Source of the DNA: Nitrosopumilus sp.
GTDB taxonomy: Archaea > Thermoproteota > Nitrososphaeria > Nitrososphaerales > Nitrosopumilaceae
Direction of reading: 5' to 3'
Assembly (NCBI GenBank): GCA_965218695.1
Contig: OZ244651.1
Span: forward strand, 928,001-992,000
DNA: 64,000 nt
Positions 11,603 to 22,801 of the stretch are shown piece after piece. The stretch's first letter is position 1; every line of letters begins with the position of its first letter. The translations under genes were made by a program, and so were the position numbers. The notes below the pieces were generated by a model that was not told the DNA's origin, made no database searches, and saw only the letters and a list, made by a program, of their open reading frames with translations.

Positions 11603-12704
11603 TAGTGAAAAGCGAAAATTCGTTCCAAGTTCAGCACCTCGGACCGGAAACTATGTAGATCAGATTGTCGCCTAACGCGGCATGAGCAAAGTAACACGGG
11701 AAGAACTCGAAGCAGCATACAAAAAAGAAAAAAACCTCAAGGTGGGAGTCAGAATGCTTGCAGTACACATGGTATATTTTCGCAAAGTGAGCATAGATGA
11801 TGCAGCCGTCAGCCTTCTGCGATGCCCGCGATGGGTGCGCAACTGGCTGGAACGCTTCGAGAACGGAGGCCTGCAAGGCCTCCGGGACCTTCCCAGATCC
11901 GGCAGGCCGCCCAAGATTTCGCCGGAAGCGATAGACGGCATACTGGACAAGGTAGACCGGCTCAAGACCACTCCTGCCGAACTGCAGCAGGTCATACACA
12001 GGGAGACGGGAACAAAGATGCACAGGACGAATGTCAGGAAAATCATGCAAAAATACGGCCTGTCTCCCAAGGGGTCGCAAAAAATCCACATCAACAGGGC
12101 CACCAAAACGGCCGTAAAAAGTTGGCAATATCGCCTCAAAAAGAGAATTTCACGCCTAGAAAAGGACAGTTTTGTCCTGGTCGTGCAAGACGAGGCGTTC
12201 TTCATACACGACGTAAAATCTGGCCGCAAGTATTGGTCGCCTGTGGGGGTGCCAATAACCGTGCCATACACGGGAAGCCACAAAAGAATTACCGTGTACG
12301 GTTCAGTCACGACGGACGGCAGGCAGTTCTTCAGGACTGCCAGCGGGTTCAACGCGCCCACTTTTGTTGCATATCTCAAGGCCATGCAGAGACATTTTGG
12401 GAAGGTGGCCGTCATGGTGGACAGGGCATCCCCGCACCGCGCAAAAGCCGTCCGGACGCTGCTGCGCGAGAACAGGAACATCAGGATCATATACCTGCCA
12501 AAAGGCTCGCCGTATCTCAACGCCGTGGAAGAATGCTGGCACCAGGGAAAACGGAACCTGCTTGTCTCAGAATACTACAAAACCTTCGTGGACATGCACA
12601 GAGCCGTCTCCCAGTATTATCGAACTGCGAGATTCAATCTGGACTTGATCAAATACTTTAACAGAAAAGCCGAATTATTTTGCAGGAACTTTTGATCGCC
12701 ACTA
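11603..12704 (+). mobile_element. IS630-family element B, copy 1 (transposase 11682..12695)
   Basis: 1102 bp, TAGTG...CACTA ends, TA duplication; QDE..DRASPH..YLNAVEECW. Confidence 0.94.
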
Positions 12705-13811
12705 TAGAAGTCGGATTTGACAGGCTGGGAAACATGCCGCGCTCCGGCAGGCCGACCAAGGCGAGCAAGGCAGACATGAAGAAGATCAGAAAGGCCGCAT
12801 GCAGTAAACCGGTCTGGACGGGCAGGGAGATGCAGCAATACATCCAACAGAAGACCGGAGTAAAGTACGAACTCGGATATGTGCGCCAGATACTGCGCGG
12901 GTGGGGCTATTCCCAAAAGGTTCCCGTAGGAAAACATGCAAGAAGGGCACCTGACGAGGAGATCAGGAAATTCCAAAAAGAGATGCCAGAGATTATAAAA
13001 AAAGAACAGTGAAGGAACAGTCGTAGCGATACAGGACGAGTCCATAGTAATCTCCGATGCGCGGCCGCGAAGACGCGGCTACACCAGGAAGGGAATACGG
13101 GCGTTTTTCACGTACACCGGCTCACACTCCAAGACGATAATCCATGGACTAATCACCACGGACGGCAGGGGCATGTTCCGGCAGTACGATGCGTTTACCA
13201 AGGACACCTTTGAGGACTTTCTAAGGCAGGCGATGTACAGGTTCAAGAAGATCTGCCTGATCATGGACAAGGCCTCCCAGCACAGGGCATCAAACATACG
13301 CAAACTGCTTGATGGCACAGACGGCCTGGAGATAATCTTCCTGCCAACTGCGACCCCGGACCTGAGCGCCATAGAGACGTACTGGAGGGATCTCAAACGG
13401 GCAGTGCTTGACGTGCCGTACACCAGCCTGAGCATGCTCCGCGAGGCGATCACCAGGTACGCGAGGTACAAAAAACCGAATCTGGTAGTCGAGAATTTTC
13501 TGTACAGGGCCATCTAGAACGACATCAAACCGCACCGGATCCACGCCGCCTAGCGTGTGCCATGCACGGCGCACCAGAGCATGCAATGTCTAATGTTTGG
13601 AGCGTCTTTTCTCGTCATTTGGGAATTCAACGCACCTCGTAATTTCCAGAGACGGCTGTTGCATCAAAAATTTATGAGCGATTTTGATATGAATTTTTCA
13701 TTGCTGGTATACATCCACCACTCCGAATAATACATATGTGCCAAAAATCTGATCTGCCCATAAAACAAATTAACAAATTGATCAGATTTATGAAAAATTT
13801 GGTGATAATGG

Positions 13812-15383
13812 TTAATTAGTGATATTTTTGTTAGGGATTCTCCTTCTAACTGCCATTACAAAAACAGCTGGCGCAGCAAAGTACATTCCAATGTTTAGCA
13901 ATATTACGCTAATGCCATAGCCGAGCATCTCAGATTCAGAGTTAATGTCAGCATATTGTAGCAATGTCAATGAAGTCAGTAGTGGGGTCAATGCTAGTTT
14001 CACAGTTTCCTTGAAGACTGGGTTTTCCCTTTCGTAATCAGCTATTGCTGGACTGAAGGAATAATAGAACTGGTTGAATCCTGTCATGAATGCAGAGCCA
14101 GACTCTGTTTGTAAAATAGTATTGTCACGAATTTCTCTTAAGATCTGGACTTGAGGGGCCATTTCAGAACCAAACGCTGCCGTAGCTATTAGGCATCCGC
14201 CGCCTGAAGCTTCTGGTTCTTCTTCTTCCATAGCTGCATCTTTCTCCTCCATCATCGTCTCGCTTTCTTCCATCATTTCTTCTTCCATCATCGTCTCGCT
14301 TTCTTCCATCATTTCTTCTTCCATCATTTCTTCTTCAGCTGCCACAAGGTACTCCTTGTATCCATCTTGTGCATAAATTTCTGGAACAACAAATGTTCCT
14401 TCTATCATCTGATTCTCGAGTTCAGCTATCTTTGCCTTTAATGCTGAAGGAATCTGACTCTCTAATTCATGGTATGATGCTAGACCTGACACTCCTTCAC
14501 TTATGCCCCATCGATAGAATTCACCGCCCTTTATTTCTCCTGAATTAATCCCTTCAATTCCTCGCACAATGATACTTGTATGGTTAAAAAGTGCACTTGT
14601 TAGAGTGATCTCTTCATCCAAAAAGATCTGGTCGTTGGTATTACCAATATGTAGTAGACCTGGATTTTCATTTAGGCCATTTATGACCCCAAAAGCTGCT
14701 CTATCTAGATCCTGAAACAGTATGTCTGCTCCAGCATCAATCTGACCTTTAGCAGCCTCGTAGCCTTTTGATACATCGTTAAAGCTACCGATGTAAACCT
14801 GCATTATTTCGACTTGAGGATTCTCCGTATGCACTCCAAGCTTGAACGCCTCATACATGCGTACTAGATTTGGAAAATCGTGGGCAGCTACAATTCCTAT
14901 TTTGTTTGTCTGTGTCATTCCAGTAGCTAATACTCCGGCAAGGTAGCCTGACTGCTCGTTCTTTGCGTCTAGACCAACCATGTTTGATGGATATGGTGCA
15001 TCAATGGGAGGAACAGCTGCTGTAACTAAGAAAGTCGTTTGTGGATAGTCGGCCGCTATTTTTGCAGTAACATCAGTGAATTGAGGGCCACCCATTATCA
15101 CATACTTGTAGCCCCGCTCTGCATAATCTCTAGCTGCAGTTTCCCACTGGGGCGGATCCTGTTTTTCACTTATAGCTATTTCGTAGCCGAACTTATCTTC
15201 TAAAGCTAACATGCCAGCATAGTGTAATGCCCCCCATCCTAGGTCATCAGTTGATGCCTCCATAACAAGAGCTGTCTTTGTAACTTGTGCATGTGCTGGT
15301 GAAAAACTAATGCCGATAACTGCCGTTAAAATTATAATCGAAAAGAGTCCCAGTACAATACCGCTACATTTTTTTCGGATCAA
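13812..15383 (-). CDS. BMP-family ABC substrate-binding protein (purine/nucleoside type) with Met/Glu-rich linker and CFI-box-CTERM anchor
   Basis: Signal peptide; EQSGYLAGVLA, YIGSFNDVSKG and GADILF BMP motifs; GGGCLIATAAFGSE C-terminal domain plus TM helix. Confidence 0.9.
   Translation of the reverse strand: MIRKKCSGIVLGLFSIIILTAVIGISFSPAHAQVTKTALVMEASTDDLGWGALHYAGMLALEDKFGYEIAISEKQDPPQWETAARDYAERGYKYVIMGGPQFTDVTAKIAADYPQTTFLVTAAVPPIDAPYPSNMVGLDAKNEQSGYLAGVLATGMTQTNKIGIVAAHDFPNLVRMYEAFKLGVHTENPQVEIMQVYIGSFNDVSKGYEAAKGQIDAGADILFQDLDRAAFGVINGLNENPGLLHIGNTNDQIFLDEEITLTSALFNHTSIIVRGIEGINSGEIKGGEFYRWGISEGVSGLASYHELESQIPSALKAKIAELENQMIEGTFVVPEIYAQDGYKEYLVAAEEEMMEEEMMEESETMMEEEMMEESETMMEEKDAAMEEEEPEASGGGCLIATAAFGSEMAPQVQILREIRDNTILQTESGSAFMTGFNQFYYSFSPAIADYERENPVFKETVKLALTPLLTSLTLLQYADINSESEMLGYGISVILLNIGMYFAAPAVFVMAVRRRIPNKNITN
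14240..14337 (-). repeat. Coding tandem repeat (EEEMMEESETMM x2 plus partial units)
   Basis: TCCATCATCGTCTCGCTTTCTTCCATCATTTCT repeated within the SBP gene. Confidence 0.85.
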
Positions 15384-15490
15384 GTGAATATCTATAGAGA
15401 GAGTAGGTTTGATATAAGTATGATCTTCAATATCAGTAGATGGAAATGTGTTTTTTCAGGACAACCTGATCTTGCCGCGTTCCTTATGAT

Positions 15491-16987
15491 CACTAGGCGT
15501 TCGCCATTATTAGACTCTGGGTGTTAAAAATGGAGCGCGCGAGTCTTACACGTTCAAATGAAAAACAAGCAATCGCTCCAAATACAGTCCGCCGAATCTG
15601 CATATAAGATCATCGGCCCCGTACTGTTTTCCCTGTTGCAGATCAAGTTCTCAGACAGGTACAACGCCCTATACGGACCGGTCCACTTTTTTGAACGCTT
15701 GTTTGGCATGTGCAGGCACACCGAATACGCAGAGACTGCATGGTCCAGCGACCCGGACGGCGGGACGGGCATTCCCACGGGCAGGTGGCTGCTTGACAGG
15801 ATACGCCATATCCGGTACGACTACATGTTAAAGCGGTGCCAGGCAATAACGGATCGCACCGTGCGCAGGATGAGGCGGCACGGCATGTTCAGGGAGCCGG
15901 TGGACATTGCAATCGACAAACACCTGGTCTGCAGGTACGACAGGTTCCGGAGGATCGTCAACACCATAAAGTCAAAACCAAAAAAGGGAACGTACAACTT
16001 TAACTGCCTGGCGACTGCAAACTGCATCGTGGCAGGCTCCAGGGCGTTTCTGGCAGCCCGGCTGGTCAGAAGGGGAGATACAGACCTCGAGGTGGTCTCA
16101 GGACTGATAGCAGACTGCAGAAGGCAGGGGATAAGGATCAAGTCACTAAAGATAGACCGGGAGTTCTTTTCTGTGGACATCATTAACATGCTGGAGCGTG
16201 AAGGGATCCCGTTCATGGTGCCTGCAATCAAGACCAAGGGCGTCAAAAAAGCCGTAGAGGAGTTCAAAGACGGCGGGAAGGCGACGGTGTCGCGGCATTC
16301 CATAGATTCGGGACGCGATACTGCCGAGTTTACACTGATAATCCAAAAGAGGAAGAACGGCCACTTTACGCTTGCCACCAACGCCACGGTGCCGCAGGTG
16401 CTGGGGTTCGAGTCCAGCAACGGCCTGACAGGCGCACACGGATTCGCAGAACAGTACCGTCTCCGCTGGGGAGTGGAGACTGCGTACAGCAACTACGAGT
16501 CACTCAGGCCCCGCACCACGAGCAGGAACGAGTCGGTGCGCATGCTGCTGCTGTTCTTCCCGATATTCATTTACAACGCCTGGGCGCTGGTCCGCCACCT
16601 GCTCCGGATCTCATTCCACGGCAGGCACATGACGCTCATAAAGATGCTCAGGCTGTTTCTCAGGTTCATGAAAGAGTTGGGCCTGGCCGAACCACCCACG
16701 TGAATTGTGTTTCTTGACGCATTCGTATGCAAGTGCCGGCCGCAAGGCTGCGCGGACATGCAGCAACCGGTGCCGGGGTGCCAACGGAATGTGCGCAGGA
16801 CAGTCAACTGGGATTATCTTTCGGATTTGTGGGCAGCTGGTTGTTAATCATGGGTTTGATAAAGGGGGTGTCAGGCATGTGCAATTAGACACATTTCCAA
16901 CTACTGCAATATAGGGTTGGCGTGTAATTCTGGTTCAACCCGCTCCTGCATGCCTCCCGCCGCGTCTTTACCGGCGGCATCCTAGTG
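15491..16987 (+). mobile_element. ISH3/IS4-like element (transposase 15558..16703)
   Basis: DIAIDKH, DREFFS and YRLRWGVETAY motifs; imperfect TIR CACTAGG..CGCC; no TSD seen, so boundaries are tentative. Confidence 0.8.
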
Positions 16988-17049
16988 CGTGTCGGGCTAT
17001 TGTTGCCGGCACGTCACTATCAGCTACAGACATGTCGGATCATCAGAAG

Positions 17050-17525
17050 CACTCCGCGTGTGCCAGACCGCCGTAGGATGACATCGGTATATTTAGCCGG
17101 TTGGCGCACTCGAACCGGTTGAGGGCCCGTATGTCCCCGGATGTTGCCCTGCCCTTTACGAACCGGCGCCGGTTGTCCTCGCGGACGAATCTGCAGTGCA
17201 GCTGGTGCCGCCTGTCTCTTCAGCCCCGAATATGCCCTCTATCGGTGGCCCTCTTTCTGTACTCGTCGGTATTGAACAGTCTGACAGCCTTCTTCCTGTT
17301 GGGCTTGCCCCTGTTGACGGCATCCTTCCGCTGTTTTATGTTGGGAATCAGGCCTTCCGGAACAGCTCCCCGCAGTTGCAGTCCGAGTCGTATCCCCTGT
17401 CCACGTCAAAGAAGCGCCCCCGCAAAGTCAAACCCGCGGAGCCTGATCTCGGCCAGCATTACCGGAGGCATGACCGTGTCGTTGACGCTCCTAGGCGTGG
17501 TGAACGCCGCCAGTACGATCTGCAG
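17050..17525 (-). pseudogene. IS5-family transposase remnant
   Basis: Frameshifted C-terminal DDE segment (PNIKQRKDAVNRGKPNRKKA..YRKRA/IEGIFGAEE), related to the remnant at 22880-23120. Confidence 0.6.
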
Positions 17526-17529
17526 GCTC

Positions 17530-19040
17530 AGGATACCATATACGGGTCACTTGCCCTGGACGGCAGGCAGCTTTTCCGGACATACGACAGATTCAATGCT
17601 CCCACCTTTGTTGTCTGCCTCAAGGAGTTGCAGAAGCATTTTGGAAAGGCGGTGGTAATAACTGACCGGGCACCGCAGCATCGCTCAAAACTGGGAAAGG
17701 GGTTTCTTCCCACGAACAAAAACATCAGGATCATGTATTTCCCCAAGGGCTCGCCTTACCTGAACGCCGTGGAAGAATGCTGGCGCCGGAGAAAACGCAG
17801 ACTGCTCGCTTCTGAATATTATAGAACATTTTCGGACATGTGTCGAGCCGTCTCTACGTATTACCGAACGGCACGGTTCAATCTGGAATTGATCAGATAT
17901 AGTGTCGATCAAAAGTTTTTTACATTTAGGGACTTTCTACAGATAAACTCCATTACGTCAATCCTTGGACGCGCGGTCCTGAAATACTCCGACATTGCGT
18001 TGCGCATCTGCACTATCGTGGCATAGTACTCGGACACCAGCACGTTACGTTTTGCCTGGTGCCAGTACTCCTCCACGCCGCTAAGCTCGGGCGTTGCAGC
18101 TGGAAGCCACATGACCTTGATGTCGGGATTTTCCTTTAGAAATTTCATCACGATCCTTGACTTGTGTTGTGGCGCATTATCCATGATTACGACCACCTTT
18201 CCAAAATGCCTGACCAGATCCTTGAGATACTGCAGGACCGTCTCCTTATCAAATTTTTCATGCGTCCTGAAGAACTGCCTGCCGTCTGTTACAATGAAAC
18301 CGTATGCCACCACCTTTCCGTGCCGTCCCTTGTATGTCGTGACAATCGGCTCGCCTTCTGGCGACCAATACTTTACGCCCGATGCCGGATCGTCTACAAA
18401 TATGGCCTCGTCAAAGACGACTGGGAGAAAACCCTTCTCTTGCAGGCGTGAAATCCGCCTTTTGGCGTTGCGCTGCCACTGCCTGATCTTTTTGATCTCT
18501 GGCCTGTTGACGTGGATGCGCTGGACCGTCTTGGCAGACAGGCCAAGCCTGTGCATTATCTTTGTGACGTTTGAAATGTGGTATGTCACCTTGAATTCTT
18601 TGCGTATGTTTTCTTTGAGCTGCTTTGGAGTTGTGATGCTGCCAGTCCTTGCTGCAAGCCCCGCAATCTTCTCAAGCCCGACCTTGGGCGGCCTGCCCGG
18701 GCGGGGCCTGTCTTCCAGGCCTGCAAGACCCTCGCTATCAAAATGCCGGACCCAGCTTGTGACAGTGTGCGGGTCGCAAAAGCACAGTGATGCCACCTCG
18801 GATATGCCCAGCCCCCTGATCTTGACCATGCAGACGGCGTGGATCCTGTCCTTTATGGTTCCCCTCTTCTCTTTCTTGTAGGCCTGGATTAACAGCTTTT
18901 TGCTTTTTTCATCCATGTGGGCGGTAGTGCGGAGTGATCAAAAAATGTTACGCTCAGACTGACGTAGAAGACTTTTGATTGACACTATATGTAAACAAAA
19001 AAATTGAATTAATCCACACGAGCATATGATCTTAGCTATA
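17530..19040 (+). pseudogene. IS630-family remnant E, interrupted by IS630-D copy 1
   Basis: YGSLALDGRQLF..DRAPQH..TARFNLELIRY continues as VNKKIELIHTSI* after 18989. Confidence 0.75.
17900..18987 (-). mobile_element. IS630-family element D, copy 1 (transposase 17909..18916)
   Basis: 1088 bp, TIR TAGTGTCnATCAAAAG, TA duplication; DNAPQH motif. Confidence 0.94.
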
Positions 19041-19080
19041 GGTGGATAGGCGGGGGTTAACATGTGTTCAGCCCGGCTGA

Positions 19081-19171
19081 GTACGAGGGCAGCTACCTGC
19101 TTTGCTCAGGCACGAGTCTGTATGGCCGTGCGGATTTTACGCCTGACTTGACGCAGTAGCTGATCTCATAC
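19081..19171. mobile_element. 91-bp palindromic MITE
   Basis: Ends GTACGAGGGCAGCTAC and GTAGCTGATCTCATAC; 8-bp TSD CCGGCTGA at 19073-80 and 19172-79. Confidence 0.8.
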
Positions 19172-19212
19172 CCGGCTGACACGAGTATTCTTAAATAGTT
19201 TTAACTGATTTT

Positions 19213-20823
19213 TTGTATATGTTACATCTTACCAGAAACTCAAATAATTTCATGGTAAAGATGAAGGGAATTACAAAGACATTCGATAGTTTGATAGCTA
19301 ATGATCATATTGATTTTGATGTAAGAGGTGGTGAAATCCACACTTTGTTGGGCGAAAACGGAGCCGGAAAGACCACACTTATGAAAATATTATACGGTTT
19401 GCTAAGTCCAGACTCTGGTGAGATTTTCGTTGAAGGAGAAAAAGTCCGATTCCGGTCTCCGCGAGATGCAATACAACTCGGTGTGGGGATGGTCCATCAG
19501 CACTTCATGCTCGTTTCACGACACACTGTATTAGATAACATCATTCTAGGCATTTCTGGTCTTCCTGCAAAAACTGCAGAAACTAAGAATGTGAATGTTC
19601 TACAAAAACTCATAAATAGAATTAGTCTGCACTCTGCCGAACATGCTGAGCTAATCTCGGAGATTTCTGACAAGTATAACCTAAAAATAAATCTCGCAGC
19701 AAAGATATGGCAGCTCTCTGTCGGCGAGCGCCAACGCGTAGAGATAATTAAGGTTCTTTACCGCGGCGCAAAGCTCTTGATACTTGATGAACCAACTTCG
19801 AATCTTACACCGCTGGAAAACGAGAACTTGTTTTCGGCGTTAAAAACATTGGTAAAGAGCGGTGTTTCAGTAGTCTTGATAACACACCGGCTTAATGAAG
19901 CGATGACTATGAGTGATAGGATTACTGTGCTAAGGAGTGGCAAACATGTTGCCACCCTTGACAGAGACCAGTTATCTAAAGCCAAGCTAGCTCAGATGAT
20001 CGTGGGAAAGGAGATTGCGTATGCAGAAGCTTCACACCAACCGACAGGCACTAAGCCAATTTGTAGGATGGAAAATATTTGGGCCAAGAACAATCTTGGC
20101 ATTGACGCAGTAAAAGGATTCTCCCTTGCTGTGAACGAAGCAGAGATCGTGGGCATTGCGGGTGTAGAAGGTAATGGCCAGGGAGAACTTGTTGAAGTAA
20201 TTATGGGACTTCGTAAAGCAGAACGAGGTCATGTATTTATCAAAGGAGATGAAATAACTCGCAAAAGCACGGGTGAAATACTGGGCAAGGGAGTATCTTA
20301 CATACCTCAGGATAGAAATACCGAGGGTCTGGTAGGTGTGTTTAATATCTGGGAAAACATGATCCTTGATCGGTATAATGAACCGTCCTTTTCTAACAGG
20401 TTTTTCATAGATGCAAAAAAAGCCAAAGAGCATGCACGTTCACTCATAGACGAATATGCCATCAAATGTCATGGACTGAACACTAAGGTCAAAACACTTT
20501 CAGGTGGCAATGCTCAACGAGTTGTTGTTGCGCGAGAACTAGACAGAAGTCCTAGTCTTGTTGTGGCAAACCAACCCACTCGTGGTCTTGATGTTGCCTC
20601 CACGGAATTTGTACTTAACAAGCTGGCTGATCATCGAAAGCAAGGATGCGCAATACTTGTCGTATTAACAGAGTTGGATGAAATAATCAGGATAAGTGAC
20701 AGAATAGTCGTAATGTATCAGGGAATAGTTCAGGGAATAGTTCGTCCCACAGAGACCGATAGAGAACAAATTGGATTGCTCATGTTAGGAGGAAAGAAAA
20801 AAAATAGTGACAAAATTGAGTGA
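19213..20823 (+). CDS. Nucleoside/sugar-type ABC transporter ATPase (two NBDs)
   Basis: GENGAGKTT, LSVGERQ, LILDEPT, LSGGNAQ and ANQPTRGLD motifs; true start may be ATG 19219 or 19252. Confidence 0.93.
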   Translation: MYMLHLTRNSNNFMVKMKGITKTFDSLIANDHIDFDVRGGEIHTLLGENGAGKTTLMKILYGLLSPDSGEIFVEGEKVRFRSPRDAIQLGVGMVHQHFMLVSRHTVLDNIILGISGLPAKTAETKNVNVLQKLINRISLHSAEHAELISEISDKYNLKINLAAKIWQLSVGERQRVEIIKVLYRGAKLLILDEPTSNLTPLENENLFSALKTLVKSGVSVVLITHRLNEAMTMSDRITVLRSGKHVATLDRDQLSKAKLAQMIVGKEIAYAEASHQPTGTKPICRMENIWAKNNLGIDAVKGFSLAVNEAEIVGIAGVEGNGQGELVEVIMGLRKAERGHVFIKGDEITRKSTGEILGKGVSYIPQDRNTEGLVGVFNIWENMILDRYNEPSFSNRFFIDAKKAKEHARSLIDEYAIKCHGLNTKVKTLSGGNAQRVVVARELDRSPSLVVANQPTRGLDVASTEFVLNKLADHRKQGCAILVVLTELDEIIRISDRIVVMYQGIVQGIVRPTETDREQIGLLMLGGKKKNSDKIE

Positions 20824-21859
20824 ATTACCGAACCTAGTCAAGACATGGCTAACATTTGACAAGATCATAATACCAATTGCGGTAGTTGTAGTAATTTTTG
20901 TAGTTCTTATCGCAGGTGCATTACTCGTAAAAACAGATGTTGTGGAGGCCCTGGATGCTTTCTTCCAAGGAACTTTTGGCAGCTCATTTGGTAATACGAC
21001 AGTCTTTCTAAGGACGGCTCCACTCTTGCTGACAGGAATTGGGGTAGCTGTAGCATTTAGAGCGAGGCTCATAAACATTGGTGCCGAAGGTCAGCTGTAC
21101 ATAGGCGCACTAGTTGCTACTTGGGGCGGAATAACACTAGATCTTCCGAGTATAGTGTTTATTCCAGTGCTAATGGCTCTGGCCTTCATTGCAGGAGGGG
21201 CATGGGCCTCTGTAGCTGCAGTGCTCAAGGCAAAATACCGGATTAATGAAATCATTGTTACTTTCATGATGAATTTTATTGCAATCTTCCTCGCCAGCTG
21301 GGCTCTCCTTAATCCGCTGAAAGGATCTTCGCCTGGACTTGCCCAGTCTGGCGACATAGCACAGAATGCTATGTTACCAGTTTTTGGGGATACACGCATC
21401 CACTTGGGGATAATAATTGGAATTTTAGCATGCATTCTCGTATATTACTTTTTCAAAAAGACAAAGAAAGGATTTGAGCTTCGAATGGTTGGGAGCAATC
21501 CTAACGCCGCGCGTTCCGCTGGCGTAAATATATTTCGTAGCATGTTCCTTGCCATGATGATAAGCGGCGGTCTATCTGGCCTAGCAGGGATGATTGAAGT
21601 TACAGGAATTCATCACCATCTGATAGACGGAATTTCTCCCGGCTATGGTTATACAGGCATTGTGATTGCACTTGTACCAAACCTTCATCCCCTAGGTATT
21701 ATCCCAAGTGCATTTCTGTTTGGCATCACATTTGCTGGGGCTGACGCTGCTCATCGTATCGCAGAACTACCTATTGGGATGGTATTTGTAATTCAAGGAA
21801 TAGTCATGTTCGTGGTTATCAGTTTGCAGTGGAAGAGGTTTAAGTCTTGGCAGAGATAA
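20807..21859 (+). CDS. Nucleoside-type ABC transporter permease
   Basis: NIGAEGQ, GFELRMVGSNP and GYGYTGIVIAL motifs. Confidence 0.92.
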   Translation: MTKLSELPNLVKTWLTFDKIIIPIAVVVVIFVVLIAGALLVKTDVVEALDAFFQGTFGSSFGNTTVFLRTAPLLLTGIGVAVAFRARLINIGAEGQLYIGALVATWGGITLDLPSIVFIPVLMALAFIAGGAWASVAAVLKAKYRINEIIVTFMMNFIAIFLASWALLNPLKGSSPGLAQSGDIAQNAMLPVFGDTRIHLGIIIGILACILVYYFFKKTKKGFELRMVGSNPNAARSAGVNIFRSMFLAMMISGGLSGLAGMIEVTGIHHHLIDGISPGYGYTGIVIALVPNLHPLGIIPSAFLFGITFAGADAAHRIAELPIGMVFVIQGIVMFVVISLQWKRFKSWQR

Positions 21860-22782
21860 TAGAGGTTGCAATTATAGTTGGGTTTCTTGCTGGAGCCATC
21901 AAGCTGAGCGTGCCCCTCATTCTAACCTCGCTTGGCGAAATAGTTTCTGAACGTGCGGGCGTACTCAATCTAGGTCTGGAGGGGATTATGATTATGGGTG
22001 CTTTTGCTGGTTTTCTCGGTGCTGCAGTCTCAGGTAATATGTGGATGGGATTTGGCGCGGGAATGATTGCAGGAGTAGGGATGTCGTTTTTACTACCGTT
22101 GATTAGTGAGACACTACGTGGAAATCAAATAGTGACAGGCTTGGGGATATTTATCCTTGGCACCGGTCTTTCTTTGTTACTTTTCCGCATTGCTTTTGAG
22201 GGTACATTTGCTCCTGTAGTAGAAGGTCTTGGAAAAATTAGTATACCCATATTAAGCGATGCCCCCATTATTGGCCCGATTTTGTTCCAACATGACGTAA
22301 TGGTGTATGTTACTTTCTTGCTTGTTCCTATATTTTATTATTTTATTTTCCATACCAGTATTGGCCTGAGTGTGAGAAGTGTGGGTGAGAATCCCAAAGT
22401 GGCAGAAACACTTGGTCTGAGCGTTACGCGAATTAGGTACTATTCTGTGATGCTATGTGGCGCAATGGCTGGACTCGGGGGTGCATATTTAGCTATTGAA
22501 TATGCCAAGAAGTTTACAGAAGGTATGACTGCAGGCCTTGGATTTGTGGTTCTAGCAGTAGTTATTCTTGGAAGATGGAATCCTGTTGGCGCGCTTTTAG
22601 CAGCATTACTTTTTGCTGGCGCCACTGTTTTACAACTTAGGCTACAGATAATAGGAGTAGAGATAGCTCCGCAATTCTTTTTCATGATTCCATACCTTCT
22701 TACGATAATAGTGCTTGTGCTTGTATCTCGTGCTGGAGGGGGACCGGAGGCAATTGGTGTCCCTTATGTCAAGGAAAGATAA
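21847..22782 (+). CDS. Nucleoside-type ABC transporter permease
   Basis: SERAGVLNLGLEG, RSVGENP and GRWNP motifs. Confidence 0.92.
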   Translation: MAEIIEVAIIVGFLAGAIKLSVPLILTSLGEIVSERAGVLNLGLEGIMIMGAFAGFLGAAVSGNMWMGFGAGMIAGVGMSFLLPLISETLRGNQIVTGLGIFILGTGLSLLLFRIAFEGTFAPVVEGLGKISIPILSDAPIIGPILFQHDVMVYVTFLLVPIFYYFIFHTSIGLSVRSVGENPKVAETLGLSVTRIRYYSVMLCGAMAGLGGAYLAIEYAKKFTEGMTAGLGFVVLAVVILGRWNPVGALLAALLFAGATVLQLRLQIIGVEIAPQFFFMIPYLLTIIVLVLVSRAGGGPEAIGVPYVKER

Positions 22783-22801
22783 CTTATAGAAGATAAACGG
22801 G

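Larger units (their letters stand above)
9819..13709 (+). mobile_element. IS630-family element C (split ORF 11432..11602 + 12707..13517), interrupted by IS66 copy 2 and IS630-B copy 1
   Basis: Ends TACCAAAAGTGAAAAGTT and AATTTTTCATTGCTGGTA with TA duplication; MKIKTMLKRY..HERYL|EVGFDRL joins in frame; DDE domain lies in the -1 frame after A7G at 12997-13004. Confidence 0.85.
6714..13770 (-). pseudogene. Relic 3' end of an ABC permease, split into 4 pieces by nested insertions
   Basis: Removing the elements at their TSDs joins ~13748-13721, 9727-9714, 7971-7883 and 6780-6714 in frame: IFGTYVLFGVVDALQFSFQAVGVKAPHQLMLMLSHIMAIAVTASTYKRTLQPASIGVPYSRAKKR*, similar to the C-terminus of the permease at 21847..22782. 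Confidence 0.8.

Noticed and set aside
11672-12661. Long antisense and alternate-frame ORFs (279-302 aa) recurring in IS630-B and other IS copies
   Set aside because: Shadow ORFs of GC-rich transposase genes; they recur only because the copies are identical
19081-19171. Integron attC site or riboswitch upstream of the ABC ATPase
   Set aside because: No RYYYAAC/GTTRRRY ends and no integrase; the perfect 8-bp TSD and GTA ends indicate a MITE
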